From positions 1 to 58,106 of the forward strand of contig ADNK01000620.1 in the NCBI GenBank assembly GCA_000320545.1: a stretch of DNA of 58,106 nt, in the 5' to 3' direction. Below the pieces are notes generated by a model. It searched no databases, was not told where the DNA came from, and saw only the letters and a program-made list of their open reading frames with translations. A program made the position numbers and the translations under genes. Source of the stretch: Bigelowiella natans CCMP2755 (lineage: Eukaryota; Protista; Cercozoa). The first letter of the stretch is position 1. The number at the start of each line of letters is the position of its first letter. Shown here piece after piece: positions 38,757 through 50,658 of this stretch.

Positions 38757-39407
38757 ACGTTTATGCGCCAACGTACCTGGTACCCTATCGATGATGATAA
38801 TCTCTTCTTCTTCTTCTTCTTCTTCTTCTTCTTCTTCATCTTTGTTCACCTCCTCCTCCTCCATCTTGCGTTACATACCTACTAAGATCGCAAAATTATC
38901 CATCAATTGCTTTGTGACGACGAAGATTTCATACGCCAACATGATCGGGGATATATGTGATGGAACCCCGGTATGATGACGACGATGATGATAATGATGA
39001 TAATGATGACAATTTGAGCCATAGAGCAGCATCCTCCTTCTCCTCCGACTTATCATCATCATCATCACCACCACCACCACCACTATTTTCAATCTTATGA
39101 GAGACTCGGATGATGATACAACAACAACAACAACAACAACAACATCAGGGTGCGGACAAGTTTGCAGTGTTGAAGGCTGTAGGAGGGGACTCTAGAATCG
39201 GCATTAAGTACCTCAAACCTGGGTATGGATATGGAGGACCGTGCTTTCCAAGAGATAACATTGCACTAGGAGGTCACGCTCAAGACATTGGTATTGATGC
39301 CAAGATCTCTCATGCAACCGATGAATACAACAACTACCACACTGGACTTCAAGTCAAGAACTTGCTAGAATGTGGAAAGAAGGTAGGAGGAGTCGTAAAT
39401 AATAGTG

Positions 39408-39439
<32 letters not shown>

Positions 39440-39813
39440 GATGGCAGTGAGGAGGAAGAAGAAGAACAAGAAGAAGACAACTACACTACTGATTGTATAT
39501 CGCATGCTTACACACAAACAATATCCAAACATTTTGCAAAGAGTTCAGAGCAGCAATGCCGTTGTAGTCGTCGTCATCATGATTCATTATCACATATTTT
39601 TGCATGCTGTATTTGCTTTCCATCTATTTCCTAATACCAGAAGTATTGCTACTCCTACTACTACTACTACTAAACTACCTTGTTATTTGAATGCATAACG
39701 ACTACTGATTAACTGACTGGGTGATATGTAAGGAATTCGTGTTCACTGACGTTGGCTATAAAGAACGTTGCCCTGTACGTGCAAATGACCGAACATACAA
39801 CAAACCAAACACA

Positions 39814-39850
<37 letters not shown>

Positions 39851-41492
39851 AGTATTAGCAGGTGTTTTTTTCCTTGTCTCTTATGTGAGATGGTAGTAGC
39901 GAGAAGACCCCTGCTTACAATAATCCCCTCCCTCTGAATTCATTAGGTACCTATCATAGAGAACTCGCAGAAGCTGGAGATTGCGGTGCAGCTTGCTAAA
40001 GCTGGTCGTAAGGTGGTGTAATAGGAGTAGTAGTAGTAGTAGTAGTATAGTAGTAGTAGTTGTTGTTGTAGTAGTGGTAGTAGTAGTAGTAAGGTTGTGA
40101 TGGAAGTGCTGCAGGTAGCGTGGTATTATTATGTATCGTACAGCAGCAACAACACCACGTGATTTATATATTGTTATTCTTTTTAAATTCCTATTGTTCA
40201 GGTCACCATATCAGATCATCCTTCGATAATGCAGAAGGTAGTCGCTAGTTGTTATTCAAGAAGTTGAAATATAGTATTAGTGGTTGTAGCAATGCAATAA
40301 TATCATTGAAAATAAATGTTACATTTGAATCAACGATTGCGTTGGTTCTTCTACGTGTAGTATACTAAGGTAGCATTGTCTCTATGAACAGGTGAAAGAG
40401 GCGTACGGGTCTTTATTCGAATATGATGAGATGGAGAAAGTAGTTCTTTAATGTATTAAACTTAGAGAAGTAGAAATGTAGAATTGCGTGCCTGCGAGTG
40501 TGTGTGTGACCAAGATGCGGACCGAGAAATCATGCGCGATTTGATTTAATCTATCAATTGTTGTTCGCATGTTGCTGAACGTCTTGCAGTGCTACTGACC
40601 ATGCAATGTGTATGTAAGCTTAGCACAGAATCAACCTGAGAATCAATCTGAGATCGCGTCTTCATAGCATTGTATTGTTCCATAGCATCGAAGGCACTAA
40701 GGGGAGCAGAACACTTATCGCATGCTTCATGTGACTAACGGACACTCTCTAGCTAGCTAGGCTAGTAGGCCCAAGTCGCTCAGATTACATAGCATATATG
40801 CGCGTACATAGACAATGTAGTATGATGGTAGCTTGGCGCCGCGAGAATAATGATTATGCTTGCAGCTATTAACATGACCCCACACGCGCACTACGTACGC
40901 TATTGTCATCACATTGTATCTATGGCAAGCGAGCGCCAATTAATCTCGATCGTATACTCACATCCTAGCCATGCATGTCTGTGTGCAATGCGCGCTAGCT
41001 GGCTATACGCTACACGCTAGCACGCAAGCCTAGCAGAAGTGCATCAATACTAGAATGACTGCTCGCTGCGGCTGCATCATCATGCATGCATGTGCTTACG
41101 AGTGTGCATATGTAAGTGTAAATCATGCGCTTCAATAGAGCCTACAGGGTTATATTCTACTTCTATGTAAAGTTAAAGTTGTGACTTACCGCAACGTCGT
41201 CGTAGCAAAGCCCATAGTCCATCATTAGCGCACATACAGCAAAGTAGTCATGCTAGCATGCCTGCTGCTAGATGCTCAACCATTATTCCAACGTCGTGTA
41301 TCAAGCGCTTAAATTGTACATCATTCAGCAAACAGCACGACGAGCAGAGCAAACAAGCAAACATCCCCTGGCTTCTAATTAACTAATTAGTCGGCAACAA
41401 ACAGAGCTCGTGTTTGAACAAGGTCTGAATGATGGATCTTCATCAAAACTTGTTACGCTCTTTAAGGTCGAATTGACGTCCTAATTAATTGG

Positions 41493-41531
<39 letters not shown>

Positions 41532-42125
41532 CATCCACGAATGATAAATTACAGACTGAGTTGTCACTTTTGAAACAACATCAATACTACATAAACAATT
41601 AGTATATTATATGATTATGATCAATCTATCTGTGCGACATTGTTTATCGATCGATAGACTGCACACCTGCCAAAAGGCTTGGAAAGCACGCATAATCTCA
41701 TCCATTATCTGAGGCCCGGGATCAATCGGTTGACCTGAATATATATTGTGATAGATCATTTCAATACCACCAATCATAGCAGCAGCAGCAGCAGCGCTGT
41801 AAAATTTTTTTGTTCTTGTTCTTGTTGTTGTTCTTCTTTGCTCTTCTTGATTACTCTCTGCGGGGTCTTGGTCGAGGTCAAAGACAAGAGGAGGATTATG
41901 CACCATTGAATCTCCTACAGGTAGGTGGGTTCCATTCGGTAGCCTTGAGATCATGATGCGTTGTAGTTAAGTAGTAGTAAGAAAGACAACACCACCACCA
42001 CCACCACCAACACCAACAACAACAGCAGACGACGACGACGGGGGGTTATATATGAATTAGAGAATGTTTATTTATGTATGGAATGAATAAACAAAGAAGA
42101 AATACAGTGGCAGTCATCGGTCCAT

Positions 42126-42204
<79 letters not shown>

Positions 42205-42739
42205 TATTTCTCATATCATCATCAACATCATGGTTATACCGGCAAGGTTGTTGTCCATACGTACGAAAATGCGCCTTATAGCTGAATGTTTATCACACAC
42301 ACACACACCGACAGAAGAAGAGAATAAGACACATCATCATCATCATCATCATCATCATCATTATCGTCATCAGCATCATCGTGTTAGGTGCGGGTAAGGA
42401 AGCAAGAGATGATGGTGTATAGCTGCTGCTATATGCATTCATCATACTTTCGATATCTCATGGCAGTGATTTCAGTGCTGCTCGCTGGGTGAAAGAGCGT
42501 CTCATGAGCCTGATGATGATAAAATGACGCAATGATGCAATGATGCAATGATGCAATGATGATGATGATGGTGGTGGTGGTGGTGATATTGATGATGATG
42601 ACGGCAATGATGACATTATTCATGTCGTCGTCTTATAGGAGCAACCCTGTTTCTGCTACTTCCGATTATCATCAAATAATCATCATCACCACCATATCAC
42701 TAGATATACTTCTATATACTACTATATGATGCAAGATAC

Positions 42740-42772
<33 letters not shown>

Positions 42773-43703
42773 ATATCTAAGGTAACCTTATCTGTCTTTC
42801 CAAAGAGAAGTGGTGAAATGTCCATGCCATCGTAAGAACGGTCGGGTTTGAGTTGTTTGCCCTATGGAGAGAGAGAGAGGAGAGAGGGAGAGAGAGAAGC
42901 AGCACAAATGAAATATGACTTAAATCATAAGGTTTTGCTAGTATTATTTGCCGAAGAAGTTGAATTGAATTGAGGATATAAGTCGTAGTCATTTAGACTA
43001 CCTACTACTAGTACTGCTAGTACCGAAAGAGATACGATGGTTGGTAGTAGATCGAGAGAGGAGACCAGAGCATTGGATACACGATCACCTCTTATCACAC
43101 CATCCCATACAGCCAATCCCATTACACGATGACCTATTCAAGATTAGGATCATGATGAGAAAAGGAGGAGAAGGAGGACAACAGACCAAAGATGCTCAAC
43201 AATTGAATCACTAATAATGAATGATTCTGGTGTAGTCCTCGAATGTCAATAACTACTTCTCCAAAGAGAGGAGAGTGGGAAAGAATCTAAAGAGATAGCG
43301 CTTTTCGTTGTCCCAAGTTGTTATGTAAGGTAATAGCAGTAGTAGTGGTTCTTACTTCTATGCACTACCTCCTTCCCAGTTTGTATCTTTGGCAGTCCCT
43401 CCTCCACCCCCCCCCCCTCTGCTTTTCGATCGCGTTTGCCAAGATCCCAAGTATGGACCTACTGATCCTGTAGATAGACAGGTATATGTATGTGCTCATC
43501 CATGCAAACAAACAATTGTTACATCAGATTTCATTTTTTCAGCAACAGCAAATACTACCAAGAACGATGATGATGATGATGATGATGATGATGATAATGA
43601 TGATGATAATGATGGCAGTGAATATGTAATCATCCTCCTCCTCCTCCTCCTCCTCCTCCTCCTCCTCCTCCTTCTCCACCCTTTCCTCTCATGATCCATT
43701 TCC

Positions 43704-43737
<34 letters not shown>

Positions 43738-44019
43738 TAACTACTAGCAGTACTACTATTACCGATGTCGTCGCAATCTACAGAGCCGACATTTGCCGGT
43801 CCATTATCACTTGTGATAAAAACCAGTGTATCCTTCGCAAGCCCATGCTCCTCCAAACTAGAATATATTTCTCCAATAGCCGCATCAGCCTTTAAGATTG
43901 TTAGTATTGTCATTATTAATATCGATGATCGTCCATTTCGAGCAGCAGAATAACCAAGGAGACAACAGCAAACACATGTTAGTAGGTTATTCGTCAGCAA
44001 TGATGTTGTTGTATTCCGG

Positions 44020-44053
<34 letters not shown>

Positions 44054-44191
44054 TTATCTTGACGTGCAGCACAGCAGGTCCTACTGGTACTACTACAACT
44101 ACTACTACAACTAGCTACTACCTCTGCGAGGGTATTGCCGTATCTCTTTTTAAATCCAGGTCTAGAACTAATGATGATGATGAGTAATGTA

Positions 44192-44224
<33 letters not shown>

Positions 44225-44845
44225 ATAGAAGTAGTAGTGTAGTAGTGCTATGTGTTTGAGTGCATATATATAAATATAATATAACAGACACAAAATCTGG
44301 TTGCGATATCCTCATCATCTTGATCTTCTCGTTGTTGTTGTTGTTGTTGTTGTTGTATATACCTTGAGTTACTGAATTTGGGATCATAGAACAGCGGAGT
44401 GTGAGGGTGAGCGAATGCGACATATAGGAAGAATGGCTTACTGCTGGCGTCTGAAAAAGATGGTGGTGGTGGTAATGGTAGTGGTGATGCTAGTGGTAGT
44501 GGTGATGATAATGATAGCACGTCAAAATGATGATGATGATGATGATGATGATGAAAGATGATAATGATTAAACAAAATGAAAGAAAGCCTTCTCCTTCTC
44601 CTTCTTTTTCTTCTTTTTCTGTTTCTTGTTCTTCTTGTTGTTGTTTTCCTAAAACCTTCCCTTTCCTCACCTCCTCCCTCCTCTTCTCCCCCTTGAGGTA
44701 GTACTTACTACAAGCAGATTACAACTACTACTACGACTACTACTACTACTACTGCTACTACTGCTACTACTACTGCATTAAAGAGATACTAGAAGAGGAA
44801 TAGATACCGCTCTACTAAGCTATTCACCATCTCACCACCACCACC

Positions 44846-44877
<32 letters not shown>

Positions 44878-45056
44878 TCAATTTCATTCTCTGATGCATG
44901 GAACTTATCCAACACCTTTGGCTCTTCGCTGAAACACTCCTTTGGCATGGTCTATATACTTTCTGGTAAGATTGAAAGGAAGAAAAGGCTGCATAGAAAT
45001 AGTGCTGGAACACGATTCCAAACCCTCGCAGTTGGCTCCTGATTTGTTAATACGTC

Positions 45057-45099
<43 letters not shown>

Positions 45100-45600
45100 A
45101 TGGGGTTAGAGTATGTGATGATGATGATGATGATGATGATGATGACGACGACAGTGACATAGTACTACTAGTAGTAAGTAGTGGCTGATATTCTCACAGT
45201 TCCTACCTACCTACCTACCTACCTACCTACCTTTGGTGTCGTACAGAGGTATAGCTGTCATGGGGCTCTTAACATCATCATTATCGTTGGAATGATAATA
45301 ATAAGAAGCAGCAGCATCAGCATCTTTAGGACAGAAAGCTGGACATGCAGGTTGGGATATCGAGCGATTATATGTCTTTTTGCACCTAATAATGACACAG
45401 TACACAGTATTTAGGTAGTACAGTATCATCACTCATAATCATTGTTTCTATTTTTTAGTAGTAGTAGTAGTAGGGATTATTGAGGTAGCAGCAGCATACT
45501 GACCGATCCACAGTCCAATTATTACTACATCCTATAGGCCTCACCATGATGATGATGATGATGATGATGATGATCATTCTGGTGTTCAAATTACCCCTGA
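33980..45600. repeat. Dense intronic microsatellites: (GTA)n, (CAT)n, (CAG)n, (GAG)n, (GAA)n, (TA)n, (CA)n, (GA)n; also in 1-1630, 23000-28650 and 52600-58106
   Basis: Directly visible, e.g. (TA)n 34552-34602, (GGTTGT)n 37290-37338, (G)n 37772-37792; almost all lie inside introns. Confidence 0.95.
35867..40451 (+). CDS. UDP-glucose/GDP-mannose dehydrogenase family protein, prokaryote-type sequence, about 14 introns
   Basis: VTVIGVGRLGLCWA (Rossmann), EP, VQ|TP, CTVMP, YNPEFIAQG, AE|IAKLSINCFVTTKISYANMIGDIC, DSRIG, GYGYGGPCFPRD (catalytic Cys), VGYK...IIENS; TAA at 40449-40451. Confidence 0.92.
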
Positions 45601-46618
45601 GGCGTGGAGTCTAAGCAACCCATGTCACCACTGTAGGGAAGGCCTGATAATTAAAGCATAACAGTAGGAAAACACCCATGTTACCGCTATAGGAAAGACC
45701 TAAGGACTAAAGCATAAGCGTGAAGCCAAATCGTCATTACGTTATAATAATAACTAACTAAATCGACGACCAACGAATGTATTGAATCCACGATATGTTG
45801 GATGATATGGTGCATTATGCCCAAGGTGCCATTTGCCTAACAAACACACGATGGAAACTGTAAACGGAAGTGCGACATCTAGTTGATTAGCCCTCACCGA
45901 TGAGATGAGAATCGTAAGCGTCCTCCAGGTACTGTGGAATTATCATTTCTTCTCTCGCCATGCCATATTTCGAGAATGGAGAAAAATTGGATCCGACACC
46001 AGTCCTGGGGGCCAGCCTAAAGAAGAAGACAATATTGGAAGCTGCATACAATATATATATGGGACTGGAAATAATAATTTTAAAAAAATCAACCTTCCCG
46101 TAAGCAATGCCGCACGACTGGGGGTGCAGACACTGAATCCGACATGAAAGTCCTAAAGGATGATGATGGCAATGAAAACCCAAATAAGTACAACTCAACA
46201 AACCAAACCGTATAACATATTATTTAGTATTCTAAGATTACTACACAATAAAGTTGCCTGACCGTGAAACGAATGCCTCTTTTTGCAAGCTTATCAATGT
46301 GAGGTGTTTCTCTTGTCGAGTTCCTACACCAATGCTTTCACTTCATTTTCCGATGCAAATATTACTGTTGCGGTTTAATTTAAAAATTCTAAACCCAATA
46401 CTGATCCCCCCCTCCTGCCCCTCTGGAGCAAAAGACAAATCATACCAGTTTGCCCCAACGTCGCCCCACCCATGATCGTCGAGCATTAGAATCACGAAGT
46501 TAGGTGGTTTTTCATGTGAAGATGAAGACTCTTTCGGCATTGATTTGCATGGAATGAACGTTAAAAGCAATATCAAAGAGAGTGGTAGCGATATCCCTCG
46601 TCGCTTCTTCTTCGACAT
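41379..46618 (-). CDS. Arylsulfatase, ARSG-like, with signal peptide, multi-exon
   Basis: PNFVILMLDDHGWGD, TPHIDKLAKRGIRFT|DFH, CTPSRAALLTGR (formylglycine motif), KWHLG, GLPYSGDMGC, PFFLYVAFAHPHTP, TLVFITSDNGP, PPLVFDLDQDPAE, and C-terminal PCSNTSSVCCR. Confidence 0.92.
45618..45717. repeat. Diverged 56-bp tandem duplication of a sulfatase acceptor + exon start
   Basis: acccatgtcaccactgtagggaaggcct..taaagcataa versus acccatgttaccgctataggaaagacct..taaagcataa. Confidence 0.8.
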
Positions 46619-46874
46619 CCTGTTTGTTGATTCAAAGTAGAGGGGGGGGTGGTGCTCTATTCCCTGTAGTGCAAAAAGTAGTGAGTGTTGTGAAGATTGT
46701 TGCAGCCTCAATCAGATTATCATCGATCAAATTTCGGTGGATGTTTGAACCATGTAGCTGCTCATCTATATTGAATGATTTCTTGGATTCAATGACTTCC
46801 GAACCATTTTGGACAAAAATTGAATACGAAAATTTCTATATTTATCTGTGGTCGACGTTTAAGTTGGTGAGTTA

Positions 46875-47713
46875 CCGCAATGTGATTGTTGATGCTCTCG
46901 CCACATTGCTGCTAGTCACATTGCTCTATCAATTGTGCTCCATGACAGCCAGTGTGCCATCTCATCCAAATCCTGCTGGTCTTCACCAGTTAGTTCTCAC
47001 TAGAGCTAGTTTGAGGCTGTGCATTTCGTGCATTGCAAGTGTCTTGCTGCACTTTGGGAAGCCCTAGAAGCCGCTCGCAGCCACAAGACGTGCTGCGCAA
47101 TTCCTCTCAACTCTCAGTTCTGGAGTTCTGCGATGCTCGCTTGCAGCCATGCATCCACTCTGCACACTGCTGGTTTTCACACCAGAGAATCCTCGTTGTT
47201 TTCAACTCGATGCGAGGCACTCGATCTGCACACCTGGCACTGCAATTCGCACTTTGCAACAAGTGTCACACAGCACCTTGGAAGTGCCAGAGCGAGTGTG
47301 CAGTCGATCAACAATTTTTCTTCACGTCACATTGGTTCTTGTTTTGCTTGACTCTCTCAGGATGGATGATGCTCTTCGCCGTTCCTCTCGCAAGGCCATG
47401 CGAGGCGGCAGTCACAACTGCATCAATCCCGGTGACGAGTGGGTTTTGAACAAACTGTGCTTTGCGCGTGCGGCCTGGCGCGCTCAATCGTTGCAATTGG
47501 ACATTGGAAGCTTGCATTTGCGTGCCACAAGTTTTGCAAGCTCATGAGGGTGTGTGCACACTAGCTTCATGGACGTGCGAAGTTTCAGCACACGCACGCA
47601 AAAAGCACACACCTGCTAGCCTGGGCGCACACAAACGCGCAAACGTGTACTCAATGACTCTTGATGATCAAAAATTCATGCCATTCGTTGCACATTTGAT
47701 GCAGTTGTGGTTG

Positions 47714-47748
<35 letters not shown>

Positions 47749-48160
47749 CTAGCATGCGTGGCTGCACGCGTGCACGTGGCATTTCACAGGGACTGCATGG
47801 TCCCCATGATTTCGGCACACTCGTTTGCTGCTGTGCCCCTGGCGGCGGCGCGCATCGCACTCGCTCGCACACGTGCTGCGCACATCGCGACATGCATGAA
47901 AAGTGTGAAAGGTGCGGCTAGCTAGACGGTGATGAAATTTGTGATGTCTACTAGACGAGCGCCATCATCTCATTTGGCTAGTTGGGTCTCCATGGATGAT
48001 CACATTGTCCCTCGTTGTCATCGCATGAGAATGAACAACACAAGCGTCTAGGTGTGCACGGTGCGACGATGCACATGTGACACAGCACGCACCATGCATG
48101 TGGCTGCTTCAACACAATGTCCAGACATGCAATGCCATTCCATGTCATTCATCGTGTCAT
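46875..48160. other. TpA-depleted, CTAG-retaining intergenic tract (related tracts at about 6400-7340, 21700-22430, 28800-29200, 40500-41350 and 54900-55600)
   Basis: Manual count of 16 TpA in about 1290 nt, 12 of them in CTAG; none in 47067-47561. Confidence 0.9.
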
Positions 48161-48280
48161 TGTAGTCGACAATTGTTTGTTTTAGTGACAATACGGTGGG
48201 TGTCAATGTCCCAAATGCATCTACTGTGCCCGTGGTTGAAACTGAAGGGTTAGTGAAACGATCAAAATGAATTCGACACA

Positions 48281-49623
48281 TTACAACATTGTGTTTTTCC
48301 TTGAGGCTGGTGCGCTTCGAGTCTGCTTCTGCTTCTGAGCTAGATTTTCAGCTAAGTCGATTGCACGAAGGATGACTTGTATGGTCTCCTCATCCACTCC
48401 AAGCAACCTCAACTTAGCCTCGGAATATTGTTCGAGTTCGTTCATGTTGAGCATGTTCATCGTATCCGCTATCTTCTCTTTCTGTTCCCTAACCTTATCA
48501 GCTTGTTTGTGTCGGAATCTTAATAATTGCTGTTTTGCCTTCTCCTGGTTTCCAACTCGTCGCCTATCTGCTTGGAGTTTGTCCTTCAGGAGCTGTTTCT
48601 CATATTCCCGAGCCCTTCGTTGCCTTTCCAGCTCAAAGGCACGCTGCTCCCTTTGTAACTCAAGCATAATCTTCCTCTTTTCCAATTCGTCCTGCTTTCG
48701 CTTTTTCGCCATGAGGCTGCGTCGTTCCATTTCCCTCCTGTTCTCCTCAATTATCCGTATTTTGTCATTAAGTAACTTTCGATTGCCAAGTAAGGCTGCT
48801 TTCCTTTTCTGATCCTTTTCTTGTTTCTCGGCCTTACGATTGTTGCTTTGTTGCAAATGTAACCTTCGAAGCTTTGCCTCAACTTTCTGCAACTTTTCGT
48901 TCACACGCGCCTCTGCCTCTAGCATCAATCGCTCGTCTCTCTCTCTGTTTACTTTAACAATATATTCATTTATTCGATCCTGCAAGTCTACTGGATGGGT
49001 CCTTTTCTGAATCAATGCGTCGACGTACGTCTTAAAGCCCTCCCCATATTTTTTCTTGAGCTTGTTCAATCTCCTATTGTGCTGGCTATTGATGCGCTTC
49101 TTTCGCGCGCTTTGAGACTTTTGCAGGCTACTTTTTTTCCTTTGGATGAGTTTCTGTCCTTCTTCAATTCTCATTGTTTGCAAAGCTTTTATCGAGCACT
49201 TGATCTTGGATTCTTTCTCTTTCTCTCTCATTGATTTCAATTTGAGTCGCTTTTCCTTCTCTCGTTCTTTTCGTTTGACTTGAATTTCCACTTCTCTCTC
49301 ACGTTGAAGAATTTTTTCCCTCCGTATAGCCATGGACATCTCCTTTGCTTCCTGGGCTTTCTGAATTTTCATCTTAGCTTGCTCAAACTTTTCGGATGCC
49401 GAGTTCGCTTTCCTCCTCTTCAACTCAAGGAATTTCCGAACTTTCTCTTCTCTCACCCGCGCAGCTTCCTCGATTCTATCTCGCTTCTCCTGCATGATCC
49501 TAGATAGGTGCGTCTTCGCTATATGCTGGCGTTTTTCCAGTTTCTTTCTTTTCTAAGGGAAACACGGATTTGGAATCAACTTAAGCAAGATCTCACCTTG
49601 GCAATCTGAGCGCTATAGATTTA

Positions 49624-49665
<42 letters not shown>

Positions 49666-49701
49666 CATGTATGTATATTTACTCAACCTTACTCAAATAT
49701 G

Positions 49702-49755
<54 letters not shown>

Positions 49756-50658
49756 ACTTTGACAGTCCGACTACCAACCTTGGTAGCTATTTCCTTGCGT
49801 GTGCGCTCTAATTGTTGTCGTTGCTCCTTCTCCCGATTTTCTGTCTCTCTAAGTTTGGCCCTGCGTTTCTGTAACTCTTGTTGGCGCTGAGCCTCCGCTT
49901 GCCTCTTCCTTCTTTCGCTCTCACGCTGATTCTCGGCTAAACGCTCTGCTGCTTCCTCGATCTTCCTTCTCTCCATTCGCTCCTTCTCCTTGTCTTCTCT
50001 CTCCCTCTCTTTCAGAAATGCCAGTGCTTGCTGGCGTTCTAACTCTCGCTGTTCCATTTCTGCCTTCATTCTATATATCAAACAGTTAAATGACCTCGTT
50101 ATTACCATGTAGCAGAGAAACTATATTACCTTCTCTTCATTTGCCTTTCTTTCTCAAGAGCTGCCTGGCGCTTCTTCTCAGCGTTTTGCTTGCGCTCATA
50201 TTCCTTTTGCCTACGGTCTGCTTCAACCTGCCTCTCAACAGCTGCCCTCTTTCTCGCTGCAAGAATTTCAACTGCGAGTAAATTTTCAATATCTTTTTCG
50301 GCTTTTTCCTTCCGCTTGAGGACAATTTTCTTCTCTTCCTCCAGGACCTCACTGGCGGACGCTTCTGTCGTATGCTTCCCCAAGGAGTTTGACGTAGCAG
50401 CACAGCGAGCCACTTCCTGGAGCAACATCTTTCGGCGATTCTCATAGAGTTCGTACGCATAATTTTGGATAGTTTTACTTCTTCCAGGCTGAGCAAAAGA
50501 AGAGAGTGGTTTCTCTTCGAGATCCTCAGGCTCAATTCCAAGCTTTCTTGCAGCACTGCTGCTCCTTTTGAGACAATCACGAATCATTTTGTTGAATGAC
50601 ACTCAAATTTTTATGAAGTAAGACGAACATGCTGGAAATGATACCTTGGTGAAAGCAT
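48281..50658 (-). CDS. CCDC177/DUF4659-like coiled-coil protein, multi-exon
   Basis: Spliced N-terminus MLSPR|[51 protein letters not shown] resembles the 'SPRS..AC...P.EL...PGRS...YE.YE.ERR..L' motif I recall from CCDC177; the rest is E/K/R-rich coiled coil. Confidence 0.7.

Noticed and set aside
37160-45013. Poly-His/Leu/Ser/Val and HTHT/IYIY ORFs
   Set aside because: Translations of intronic microsatellites
47019-47925. Overlapping Cys/His-rich ORFs in several frames (also 6613-6960, 22101-22400, 28770-29297)
   Set aside because: A by-product of TpA depletion, which removes TAA/TAG stops and Tyr codons; no recognisable domains
46875-48160. CpG-methylation decay or fungal-type RIP as the cause of TG/CA richness
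   Set aside because: CpG is plentiful in the tract, and neither process removes TpA (RIP creates it)
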